Part shown: in pieces, positions 11,889 to 23,140 of the stretch
Layout of the letters: the number at the start of each line of letters is the position of its first letter
Numbering within the stretch: the first letter of the stretch is position 1
Assembly (NCBI RefSeq): GCF_006345805.1
Contig: NC_043002.1
Span: 17,608,001 to 17,672,000, forward strand
Reading direction: 5' to 3'
DNA from: Octopus sinensis
Taxonomy: Eukaryota
Length of the DNA stretch: 64,000 bases
Notes under the pieces: generated by a model
The model's database searches: none
What the model saw: only the letters and a program-made list of their open reading frames with translations
What the model was told of the DNA's origin: nothing
Position numbers and translations under genes: made by a program

Positions 11889-12827
11889 TTGTTTGTGAGT
11901 TTGAAAACACTGAAAATGGGAGCATACCCTTTCGGCTTGTTATCGCTTCTGAAGATCTGCTCCCAACTAACAGTGCTAGCTAACTCAAATATGCAAGAGA
12001 AAAATTTCTGTTCTCCCCTTTCCACCAGCGTGGGTTAAAATCAGCAAACACTATCCTTTTTTTCGGTAAAATCCAAGACAATTAAGTAGAGAGAGATGAA
12101 TTATAATTTCAACAATTGAGGGTAAAATTAATTAATTAATTAATCAATTTCACCAAGTATTCAGTATGCAAAGGGACCATTTAAGGCAAATTCAAATTAT
12201 TACATTATATAAAAGGGCTTAGTAAAATAAATTACTTTGCCGCATACTGAACTCGTTAGAAATAGCAGCTAAAAAAACTATTTCTAACACTTAAAGAAAA
12301 CCTCTCTCATATAGTGCTTGCTCAATTCAACCCAAGAAAGTATGAGGGTAGAGACATTAAAAAATCAAATGCAAAGGTTATTTGAGTACGTACGTTTCAA
12401 GCAAGCACTATATGAGAGAGGTTTTCTTTAAGTGTTAGAAATAGTTTTTTTAGCTGCTATTTCTAACGAGTTCAGTATGCGGCAAAGTAATTTATTTTAC
12501 TAAGCCCTTTTATATAATGTAATAATTTGATTTGCCTTAAATGGTCCCTTTGCATACTGAATACTTGGTGAAATTGATTACTTAATTAATTAATTTTACC
12601 CTCAATTGTTGAAATTATAATTCATCTCTCTCTACTTAATTGTCTTGGATTTTACCGAAAAAAAGGATAGTGTTTGCTGATTTTAACCCACGCTGGGAAA
12701 GGGGAGAACAGAAATTTTTCTCTTGCATATTTGAGTTAGCTAGCACTGTAGTTGGGAGCAGATCTTCAGAAGCGATAACAAGCCGAAAGGGTATGCTCCA
12801 TTTTCAGTGTTTTCAAACTCAAACAAG

Positions 12828-12891
12828 GGCATTCTGAGCTGATGAGAGAGGGTCGAACTGGCTATCTTGAAACGTACGTACTCAAATAACC
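12828..12891 (+). ncRNA. Minimal type I hammerhead ribozyme, intact core; predicted cleavage after 12880
   Basis: CTGATGA at 12839-12845, GAAA at 12869-12872, ACGTACGT palindrome, stem I tgag (12835-12838) pairs with ctca (12881-12884). Confidence 0.85.
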
Positions 12892-13152
12892 TTTGCATTT
12901 GATTTTTTATGTCTCTACCCTCATACTTTCCTTGGGTTGAATTGAGCAAGCACTATATGAGAGAGGTTTTCTTTAAGTGTTAGAAATAGTTTTTTTAGCT
13001 GCTATTTCTAACGAGTTCAGTATGGCAAAGTAATTTATTTTACTAAGCCTTTTATATAATGTAATAATTTGAATTTGCCTTAAATGGTCCCTTTGCATAC
13101 TGAATACTTGGTGAAATTGATTAATTATTTTAATTTTTACCCTCAATTGTTG

Positions 13153-13186
<34 letters not shown>

Positions 13187-13189
<3 letters not shown>

Positions 13190-14053
13190 AGTGTGCATTG
13201 GGTAAATTATCCCTATATAAACATTTGTAAATTCGCGCATGCGCGTTGTTTCTTTATGTTTTTGTCGATTACTGAATATCGTAGGATCAGTTGGGAACCA
13301 TCTGTAAGAATAACAGCATCATGAAGTAATTCACTCTGCCACAAATTCGGAAACGACATACTGTATTGTTTGGCATTCGCGCCAGAAGCTTCAATACGAA
13401 CGTTTCAGAGGGTTTTGGGTGTCAGTCAGAGGACTTGTACTGAAAGTAATAAGAATCAAACATCCAGTCATCACGATGTTTGGAGTGATCACTAGTAATG
13501 GGGACCTTATATCTCCATTCATGTTCTCACACGGCCTCACAGTCAACATGGAGGCTTACATCAAGTGCCTGGTGGAGGTAGTACTGCCTGGGTCAAGAGG
13601 GTGGCTACTGGAAGACACTATTTCTCACAACAGGAATCTGCACCATGCCACACAAACAGGACAACACAGTGATGGCTTTTAGACAATTTGTGTGCTGTCA
13701 CATCTCCTCAAACATCTGGCCACGTAACTCCCCATACTGCATCCCCTCTTGATTACTATGAGTGGGGTGCAATTGAGCGACAGAACAACAAAAATTCCTG
13801 AAACAACAAAGAAGAACTGAAGGCAAGAATTATGGCAGCATTCCCGAGCTTAAACAAAGAGAACGGCCAGAAGAGTTGTAGGAGATAACCAACGTCGTCT
13901 GGACGCAGTGGTTGAAACCAATGGCGACTTTATTGAATGATATGACACTTTTGTATTTCAAGAATTTCTATGTAATTTGGTAAATATACCTGTTATAAAC
14001 TGAGTTGCCAGTGTTCTGCATAATTTAGACACCAGACTTTTCATCGCACACCG

Positions 14054-14056
<3 letters not shown>
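13187..14056 (+). mobile_element. Tc1/mariner-superfamily (maT/DD37D-like) transposon remnant, internally deleted
   Basis: KHPVITMFGVITSNGDLISPFMFSHGLTVNMEAYIKCLVEVVLP, QQESAPCH, WPRNSP, LDYYEWG, EELKARIMAAF, AVVETNGDFIE*; embedded in (TA)n. Confidence 0.8.
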
Positions 14057-14097
<41 letters not shown>

Positions 14098-14100
14098 TAT

Positions 14101-14134
<34 letters not shown>

Positions 14135-14253
14135 AATATTATATATATATATATTATTATATCCGATGCACACACACTCTATGGCTTAAATAGAAAAACG
14201 AGATTGGCAAAATGATGTATGTATGTATGTATGTATATATGTTATATCTATAT

Positions 14254-14304
<51 letters not shown>

Positions 14305-14306
<2 letters not shown>

Positions 14307-14500
14307 TTACTTTCTCAGTGGTTTAATCGCGGCCCATATGGAGTACCACCATGTGGTTGAAGAAATCGATTCCAGCACTTATTCTATCAGCCTCTTGTGC
14401 AGAACCGCTTAGCTACAGGGACGTAAAGGCTTCAACATCGGTTGCCAAGTGATTATAGTGTGTGACAAATACAGACACAAAGACATAAGCACACACATAC

Positions 14501-14531
<31 letters not shown>

Positions 14532-14534
14532 TAG

Positions 14535-14572
<38 letters not shown>

Positions 14573-14791
14573 TTATATATATATATATATGTGTGTGCGT
14601 TTATATATATGGTTTTATATATATATATATATGCACAGCGAGCTTCTTTCAGTTTCCCTCTTCCAAATCTACTTTGGTCTGCACGAGGCTATAGTAGAAG
14701 ACATTCGCGCAAGGTACCATGTAGTGGGACTCAACCCGGTAATATGTGGTTTGAAACCTAGGTCCTTACCACACAGCCGCGCTTGCGCCTA
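14305..14791 (-). mobile_element. tRNA-derived SINE family B with internal microsatellite (diverged copy)
   Basis: Collinear with the cleaner copies at 19160-19605 and 44469-44875. Confidence 0.8.
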
Positions 14792-14799
14792 TATAATTT

Positions 14800-15148
14800 A
14801 CTTTATTCTTTTATTCTTCTACTTGTTTCAGTCAATTTCGACTGTGGCCATGCTGGACCACCGCGTTTTAGTCGCAAAAATCGACTGCAGGATTTATTCT
14901 TTGTTAGCGTACCACTTATTCAATCAGTACAGTTACGTAAAAACACCGACATCAGTAGTCAAGCGATGGTGGGGGGGGGGAAACACACAAATATATACAT
15001 ATACACGACGGGCTTCTTTCAGTTTCCATCTACCAAATCCACTCATAAAGCTTTAGTCGACCCGAGACTATAGTAGAAATCTCTTACACAAAGTGCCACG
15101 CAGTGGGACTGAACCCGGAACGATGTGGTTGGGAAGTAAGCTTTCCTG
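14800..15148 (-). mobile_element. SINE family B
   Basis: cttgtttcagtca...ggccatgctgga...gggcttctttcagtttcc...gtgggactgaacccggaac. Confidence 0.85.
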
Positions 15149-15580
15149 CATATATAGCTTGCGTAGGTGGTTTCTCAGTGTATAAATCACTATATTTGTG
15201 TTGTCTTAATGTTTGTTTTCTTTGATTCAGAGAATCATACATTTTCACGACTCCTTTGTATTGTATAGTAGTACCCAGTTATAAAATACACAGCTTACTA
15301 TTATCAATAAAATATATTAAATTGTACACCATTGATTATGATCAATACACTGTTCTGAGTATTGTTTTATTCCGTGTAGTATATATTATCTTAACATTTT
15401 ATTGGATAAGCTGAAGAGAGTTGTCATGCACAAGAGACGGAATGCGCTCTTCCACACCATAAATAAATAACTATGATACGCTATCTTATCACCATGACAC
15501 TGCTTTCTACAGTAGGTTTCACCCAAATAGAAATATAGGCTACAATGATTTATTTCTTGATAATATATGTCTCTGTGTGT

Positions 15581-15621
<41 letters not shown>

Positions 15622-16279
15622 ATATGTATGAGAGCGGTGTGTAAATGTGTATCTGTATGTGAATGTACATTTTAGTCAGGGATGTTCTATATTTGATAGA
15701 AAAACAGACGCTGTCTGAAATCAAAGAGTCAGACACATTATCGTAGTAACTGATGTAGTTTGTATTTTCATTTTAATCTTTTGAAGCTGTATTTACGCGA
15801 CAAGTAGGACGAAATTTTAGTATATAATATAATGATACCTACTTTTAAAATCACTATCTTCGTGTTAGTAGCTGATGTATATGATTTGACAAAAATTCCT
15901 GAGAGTGAACAGCAGAAATACATCCATTAATGAATAAAATTTTACGTGTCAGTGTAACCTCTTAGTAATACATATTAATTATGCCTAATATATAATTTTA
16001 TGCCTCTAATTATTTTAGAATTGTTTGCTGTCTCAGATACACTGTATAAGAAATGGCAGGGAGGTCATAGGTAAAATATAGTATGACCGTTATTACGTAT
16101 CGAACGCAAAGCAATGATATAGTAACAGAATTTTGCATGATGTCGAGGCAATAATGACGAACTACAACGATATATTTGTCTATTGGTATTTCAGAGGTGC
16201 TAGCTTATGTTCACACTAACAAACATTTGTGAGGCAGCGGAAAATCTAAGTGCAGTGACAAGTTATATGTAAGAATCGT

Positions 16280-16513
16280 AAGGCTGCGGGCTGGCAGAAA
16301 CTTTAGCACGCCGGGCGAAATGCTTAGCGGTATTTCGTCTGCCGTTACGTTCTGAGTTCAAATTCCGCCGATGTCGACTTTGCCTTTCATCCTTTCGGGG
16401 TCGATTAAATAAGTACCAGTTACGCACTGGGGTCGATGTAATCGACTTAATACCTATGCCTGTCCTTGTTTGTCCCCTCTGTGTTTAGCCCCTTGTGGGT
16501 AATAAAGAAATAG
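16280..16513 (+). mobile_element. SINE family A, full length
   Basis: Box A and box B, core and aataaagaaatag tail. Confidence 0.92.
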
Positions 16514-16722
16514 GTAAAATATAGTATGACCGTTATTACGTATCGAACGCAAAGCAATAATACAGTAACTGAATTGTGTATGATGCCGAGGCAATAATGA
16601 CGAACTACAACAATATATTTGTTTATTGGTATTTCACAGGTGTTAGTTTATGTTCGTACTAACAAACATTTGTGAGGCAGCGGATAATCTAAGTGCAGTG
16701 ACAAGTTATATGTAAGAATCGT

Positions 16723-16956
16723 AAGGCGGCGAGCTGACAGAATCGTTAGCACGCCGGGAGAAATGCGTAGCTGTAATTCCTCTGCCGTTACGTTCTGAGT
16801 TCAAATTCCGCCGAGGTCGACTTTGCCTTTCATCCTATCGGAGTCGATAAATTAAGTACCAATTACGCACTAGGGTCGATGTAATCGACTTAATCCCTTT
16901 GTCTGTCTTTGTTTGTCCCCTCTATGTTTAATCCCCTTGAGGGCAATAAAGAAATA
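16723..16956 (+). mobile_element. SINE family A, full length, with about 18-bp TSD
   Basis: tatatgtaagaatcgtaa before the head and tatatgtaacaatcgtaa (16957-16974) after the tail. Confidence 0.92.
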
Positions 16957-17254
16957 TATATGTAACAATCGTAAACTCCGAAAAACTAGAACGACATGAG
17001 CTAAATGTACAGGTAATCCATATATCCTTTCAGCTAACAGAATATTAATTCATCACATAAAGATGTTGCACATTAGAAAGAAGGGATTTACTTGTGTTAC
17101 AATATAAATATAGAAATTATTCTATAGACAATGTGAAAAGTGGTAATTTGGCCCGGGAAATATTTGAACGCTAAACGGAAAAACGCAAGGAAGGCAAAAG
17201 GCTGTAACAAAGGAACTAAGGAAGTGATAGGCAGCATTTTCCTTTTCACGGTAA

Positions 17255-17395
17255 GTTGATAAAACCTTTTACGTTTCGAGAATTCGCTCTTCAAGAGAAA
17301 AGAACACGGGGAAATAAACAGAGAGTGAATAAAAAAAGAGAGAAAATATATAACTTGTGCATTTAGCGGTCAATCATATATATCTTTACTTTATA
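17255..17395 (-). mobile_element. Decayed copy of HHR family d repeat
   Basis: Minus strand tttt-CTCTTGA-A-GAG-cgaatt-CTC-GAAACGTA-aaag (17301-17266), similar to 49025-49060. Confidence 0.55.
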
Positions 17396-18339
17396 TGGCC
17401 TGGTTTCGCACAGTCTGCGTCGCCCAATTCACTCACAAAGCATTGGATGGTTGGGTAGGAAACATTTGAGTAATGCCTCGCACGATTAGACTGAACTTCT
17501 AACTATGTGGTTGCAGAGTGACTTTCTTAGTTTCATGACCCGACTTATTCCTGTATTTATATTTATTCAATATACTTGATATGTTTACATATATTTGATT
17601 AGCCTCAGAATTCTGAAATGCAACTTCACTCGAGAGATTCACAATCAGAAGACAAAGAATCAAAACTAAATAACAAAAGTTAAAATATCTATTCTTCTCC
17701 TATATCCCTACCACTTCACCATCGCAATAAATATGGATATTGAATATAGAAATTGAGTAGTAACACTTATAGCTAAGACTGGTGTGATAATCATTTCCAG
17801 CTTTATCAAGAAAGTTACATATTACTTCATATTTATAATGAATGGTAGTATGCCAAAACTGAACAATTGAATTTAACTGCAGAATAATTGTAATTCTCAA
17901 AAGAACAGAGAGAATCGATTTGGAGTTATATATTTCGCTACATAGGGAAATATTATCAACTTACGTCTTAAGTGAATTTAATTAACAAAACTAATTACTT
18001 AAAAAGTAATTAACTATAAAGTTAATGACAAAAAGAGCAACTGAAAATAGTCTGGTTTCCATTTATGTATCCAATAAACTTTTAATCTCATACACTTCCC
18101 AACTTTGCAAGTTTTATTACAATAAATGCATAAAAATTTGGGTCAATAATATATTTATATAAGGCATTACAAACTGCTCGGATACAAATGTACAATAAAT
18201 GCTACTTGGATCTATTATAGTACTAGTCTAAGTTATATCTATTCTCACATGCACAAGCACACACACACATGCACACACATGCACATACTTATATATCATG
18301 CTTCTGTCGCTAATATATTCATCCATCTGTCGCCAGACA

Positions 18340-18650
18340 CTATTCCTGCGAGGGTCGAAGAGGTAAAATCCTCAGTTATTTTCTCCATACGGTACTATCG
18401 GACGTAATCGCCATTAGATATTTCGGCGGAATACCAAGGCACCACCAACTGACACTATGGATATGAGTGCACCACCTTGTTCATAGTTTACTACCAAGTC
18501 TCTCACCAGTTGGCTTGGCTTCATGAATCCGTGTTTCGATTCTTTTCCACTGAATTCTCATCGCATGTCCATAGCACCTTTCAACGCGGTGAATTTGTGG
18601 CTCGACTTGAAGATACTCCCTGATATTCAGGTGCTACACCCTATGAAATA
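18340..18650 (-). mobile_element. RTE-clade LINE 3' fragment
   Basis: Minus-strand translation LKGAMDM/RCYGHAMRIQWKRIETRIHEAKPTGER...TRWCTHI resembles the RTE C-terminal LRWYGHVMR...GRP..RW motif. Confidence 0.55.
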
Positions 18651-18810
18651 ACGTTACTTCACATACTTTCCTGAGCAATATTATTTCGGCTTTTTACATT
18701 TGCGATCATCCTCTTTCGATCATCACACAATGTTCATGACCATACTTGAGGATTGACAAGAAAATCGAACTGCAGATACCGATTTAGGCTTTTGCTTACA
18801 AACCTCTCCT

Positions 18811-18917
18811 CTAGATGTTTTCGCTCAATAAACACACACAACGCCCGGTCTGGGAATCGAAACCGCGATCCTCCGACCGCGAGTCCGCTGCCCTAACCAT
18901 TGGGCCATTGTGCCTCC
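18811..18917 (-). mobile_element. SINE family C, 5' head only
   Basis: Reverse complement: tggcccaatggttagggcagcggactcgcggtcggaggatcgcggtttcgattcccagaccgggcgttg. Confidence 0.85.
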
Positions 18918-19159
18918 ACTTGTCACTGCTGCCGCATTGCTTTGCTAGCATCCGCAATTCTTGTATCCGTTTCAGCCTTCTGTTTCCTATCACACGTGAA
19001 TAAATTTCAAAGTCACGCGCTACGAGTTGCTGAAAATTTCATGGCATTAAGAATATTGTGAAAGACCTGGTTGGAGGTCCAATCTTTCGAGTTCTTTTGC
19101 ATCGCATAGAAAAGCCGAAAGACCGTTGCGATATGTGTGTGAATCTGAGAGGGAAATAT

Positions 19160-19388
19160 ACTCTTTCACTTTACTCTTTTACTTGTTTCAGTCATTTGAC
19201 TGCGGCCATGCTGGAGCACCGCCTTTAGTCGAGCAAATCGACCCCGGGACTTATTCTTTATAAGCCCAGTACTTATTCTATCGGTCTCTTTTGCCGAACC
19301 GCTAAGTTACGGGGACGTAAACACACCAGCATCGGTTGTCAAGCAATGCTAGGGGGACAAACACAGACACACAAACATATACACACAC

Positions 19389-19441
<53 letters not shown>

Positions 19442-19605
19442 GACGGGCTTCTTTCAGTTTCCGTCTACCAAATCCACTCACAAGGCATTGGTCGGCCCGG
19501 GGCTATAGCAGAAGACACTTGCCCAAGATGTCACGCAGTGGGACTGAACCCGGAACCATGTGGTTGGTAAGCAAGCTACTTACCACACAGCCACTCCTGC
19601 GCCTA
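19160..19605 (-). mobile_element. SINE family B, full length
   Basis: Reverse complement starts aggcgcaggagtggctgtgtggtaag (box A) ...gggttcagtccc (box B), with an internal (TA)/(TG) tract and an agagtaaa-repeat tail. Confidence 0.93.
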
Positions 19606-19639
19606 TTAAGATTTGAGGTCTCATCGAGATATCTTATAT

Positions 19640-19857
19640 TTATTTTATTCTTTTACTTGTTTCAGTCATTTGACTGCCTTGAAGGGTTTTGGTCGAACAG
19701 ATTGACCCAAAGGATTATTATTTAAAGCCTATCAATTGTACTATCCGTCAGATTTGCCGAACTGATAAGTCACGGGGACGTTAACACACATCGGTTGCCA
19801 AGCGGTAACTGCGGGACAAACACAAGCACAGACATACACACATAGATACATACATGC

Positions 19858-19860
<3 letters not shown>
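19640..19860 (-). mobile_element. SINE family B, 3' half
   Basis: cttgtttcagtcatttgactg...ggggacgttaacacacatcggttgccaagc. Confidence 0.75.
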
Positions 19861-19910
<50 letters not shown>

Positions 19911-20764
19911 TAATTAGGTATGTAGAAAAATACAACATGGACAAGAACGTATAACTCTTAGAAGACGATACAATAAACATGGACAGGACATTCGAACCCC
20001 TCAGTCTTCAGTCAAGAACCGGATCATCGTAGTAATTTCGGCTGATTAATCTTGAGATTACTAGATCACGGCCAGCCCTCCAAGAAAAACTAAGCAACGA
20101 GCATTAGAAAAACTAAGCTGGAAGCGTAGATTTCCTGGAAGAAGGATCGAATGCATACGAACACCAGGACAGCAAAAGGGACAGATATAAAAAAAAAAAA
20201 AAAAAAAAACAATAATGGAATACAGAAACATGAAATACAGAAGCATTAACGTGAAAACAACAAGTGTCTTACGACTGATAACAAGCAAACAAATTTTTTC
20301 TCTGGCGCATTGGAAAAAGCCTTTATAGCGGCGGACGAAAAACAACGATGTTAACACGACGAGGGTCAGGAGCTGAAAGGCAGATTTCGGCCAACAGTCA
20401 CGTGACAGAGAAGAGGAAAAGAAAAGAAAGAGAAGCAAAGGAAGAGAGAGAGAGAAAAGGGGGACAAAACGCAACAAGAGAGAGAAGAGAGAGAAGAAGG
20501 AATCAGAGAGGAGAAGGGATGGGTGTCGAAGAATGACCTGTGAGTGCAGAGCGAGACAAAGAAATAGGAGGGTAGTGGAAGACTAGACCAAAGGATCAGA
20601 GGAAAGAGAAGATGAATAGAGAGAAAAGAGAGAGAGGGGGGGACAGATCAAGTAAAAATGAGAGAGAGAGAGAGACAAACAGAGAGTCGTACCAATTATT
20701 AAGAATATTATATATATATATATATATCTGTGTGTGTGTGTGAGCATATATGTATATATATATA

Positions 20765-21171
20765 TACTCTTTTACTCTTTACTCTTTTACTTGTTTCAGT
20801 CCTTTGACTGCGGCCATGCTGGAGCACCGCCTTTAGTCGAGCAACTCGACCCCGGGACTTATTCTTTGTAAGCCCAGTACTTATTCTATCGGTCACTTTT
20901 GCCGAACCGCTAAGTTACGGGCACGTAAACACACCAGCATCGGTTGTCAAGCAATGCTAGGGGGACAAACACAGACACACAAACACATACACCCACACTT
21001 ATATATATACACATATATACGACAGGCTTCTTTCAGTTTCCGTCTACCAAATCAACTCACAAGGCATTGGTCGGCTCGCGGCTATAGCAGAAGACACTTG
21101 CCCAAGTTGCCACGCAGTGCGACTGAACCCGGAACCATGTGGTTGGTTAGCAAGCTACTTACCACACAGCC
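20765..21171 (-). mobile_element. SINE family B, near full length
   Basis: High similarity to 19160-19605. Confidence 0.93.
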
Positions 21172-21646
21172 AAACTCAGATTTTCGTCTCCAAGAGCATC
21201 CTCTCTGTCTGTCGTTGCATGGAGTTAGCAGTAGCCACTGAGCGTATCGAGAGATGTGTTGTGAGCGAAGATCCGTTGGCAAATTACTTTGAATATGTGG
21301 ATGGAGTGGATAGTGGTTTGCTACTGTCAAAGGGATTGGCATTTGATTTCTTTGTACTTCATGGCGGGTTACACATGAGATTGCCCTTGGCTGACCTTTA
21401 AGAACAAGCCCATGCATACGCATTAATGCTCTCACACACATACATCTATATACATACTCATGCTCAGACACACACGCCCACAAACACACGCACACATACA
21501 CACACACACACAACATACATACAATTGTGTTCTACTAACCGCAGCTTCCTGTTCTCTTTGAGATCGTATATGGAAATACTTGTTATATTGTAGAAAAAGG
21601 CGTTCAGGTTGAGCTTATAATTTCTCACCATATCATGATGGTCACA

Positions 21647-21664
21647 TAGCTACTGCTGCTGCTG

Positions 21665-21705
<41 letters not shown>

Positions 21706-22032
21706 GCAACTACTGCTGCAACTACTACTGCTGCTGCTGCTGCAACTACTACTACTACTACTATACTACTATCCCACTACTACTACTACTACTACTACTA
21801 CTATTCCACTACTACTACTACTACTTCTGCTACTACTACTACTAACTACTACTACTACTTCTGCTGCTGCTGCTGCTACTACTACTACTACCACCACCAC
21901 CACCACCACAACCAACACTACAACTACTACTACTACTACTACTACTCTACTTCTGCCGCTGCTGTTGCTGCTGCTGCTGCTGTAACTACTACTACGACTA
22001 CTACTGCTGCTACTACTACTATTACTGCTGAG

Positions 22033-22066
<34 letters not shown>

Positions 22067-22255
22067 ATACTGCTACTAATACTACTGATGCTGCTGCTAC
22101 TACTACAACTACTACTACTACTACTACTACTACTGCTGCTGCTACAGCTGCTACTATTACTACTACTACTACCATTGATGCTGCTACTATTACTACTACT
22201 ACAACTACTACTACTACTAATACTACTGCTGCTGCTGCTGATGATGATGATGAAG
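21647..22255. repeat. (CTA)n/(CTG)n/(CCA)n trinucleotide array
   Basis: Direct reading; produces the poly-S, poly-V and poly-L ORFs. Confidence 0.97.
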
Positions 22256-22908
22256 ATATTCATGTCTTCTTAGATGAAAGAATTTAATCAGAGTTGGATT
22301 TAGCTGCTTTTTCTAAAAAGTAAAGGTTCGCTCGTTGCCTCCTTAACATTTTTTCGTGTACATATCCGAGCGATATACACTTTGGTCTGCAACGAATTAT
22401 TGTAAGCTCAGACAGAAGATTAAAATATAAGGGACAGGATATTTACCCAGAATATTTCGGAGATTGGTAAAGACAGATATACGATACAAACAAATCTGTT
22501 ATAATTATTTTCAAACCTTATCTACAAGACTTAGGTAATATTATTTTGTGAGACTTACGCAAATCATTTGTTTGGATGTTTGCCAGATTCATCAACATCG
22601 GAAGGTAATCGTACTCCAAGTCTACTTGAAGTCATAACTTTGCCAACTTCTATCTTAATTGGGAATCGTGATGAATGAAACTAATTATACTAACGGAACA
22701 ATAATAACGTTCACAACAGAAAACATCTGGTCTTAGTTCTGTAGATGCACTCTGTAATATGATACATTATGTATAATTTGTGGTTTTAAGTGCTTTCCCA
22801 TATTTCGTCGTATAGCCTAATGTCAGCTTGACGAGAAAAAAAATTATCATGAAAATATCGTAACAGCCATCATCCTCACTTATTCTTCAAGTATAATATC
22901 TATTCAAT

Positions 22909-23140
22909 AAGGCGGCGAGCTGGCAGAACCGTTAGCACACCGGCCGAAATGCGTAGCCATATTTCGTCTGCCGTTACGTTCTGAGTTCAAATTTCGCCGA
23001 GGTCGACTTTGCTTTCCATCCTTTCGGGATCGATAAATTAAGTATCAGTTACGCACTGGGTCGATGTAATCGACTTAATCCGTTTGTCTGTCCTTGTTTG
23101 TCTCCTCTATGTTTAGCCCCTTGTAGGCAATAAAGACATA
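22909..23140 (+). mobile_element. SINE family A, full length, 13-bp TSD
   Basis: TSD tataatatctatt at 22892-22904 and 23141-23153. Confidence 0.93.

Larger units (their letters stand above)
11652..13160. mobile_element. Non-coding 552-bp tandem unit with a hammerhead ribozyme, arranged as two head-to-head arms (11652-12401 minus sense, 12402-13160 plus sense) inside (TA)n; retrozyme-like or PLE pLTR-derived
   Basis: attatataaaagggcttag occurs at 11652 and 12204 (period 552). From 12402 the sequence is the reverse complement of 12320 downwards. HHR cores at 11821-11888 (-) and 12828-12891 (+), and a half copy at 12376-12401. Confidence 0.9.
16068..16975 (+). repeat. 443-bp tandem duplication (about 210 bp unique flank + SINE A)
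   Basis: taggtaaaatatagtatgaccg at 16068 and 16511. Confidence 0.92.

Noticed and set aside
11652-13160. Simple read fold-back (missed hairpin adapter) as the explanation of the inverted repeat
   Set aside because: The right arm continues about 95 bp into unit sequence beyond the point where the left arm meets (TA)n, and there is an 81-nt asymmetric centre. A pure fold-back would mirror the left flank. It is not fully excluded without raw reads.
19975-20060. Minus-strand CTGAAGA..GAA motif
   Set aside because: Stems I and II do not pair convincingly.
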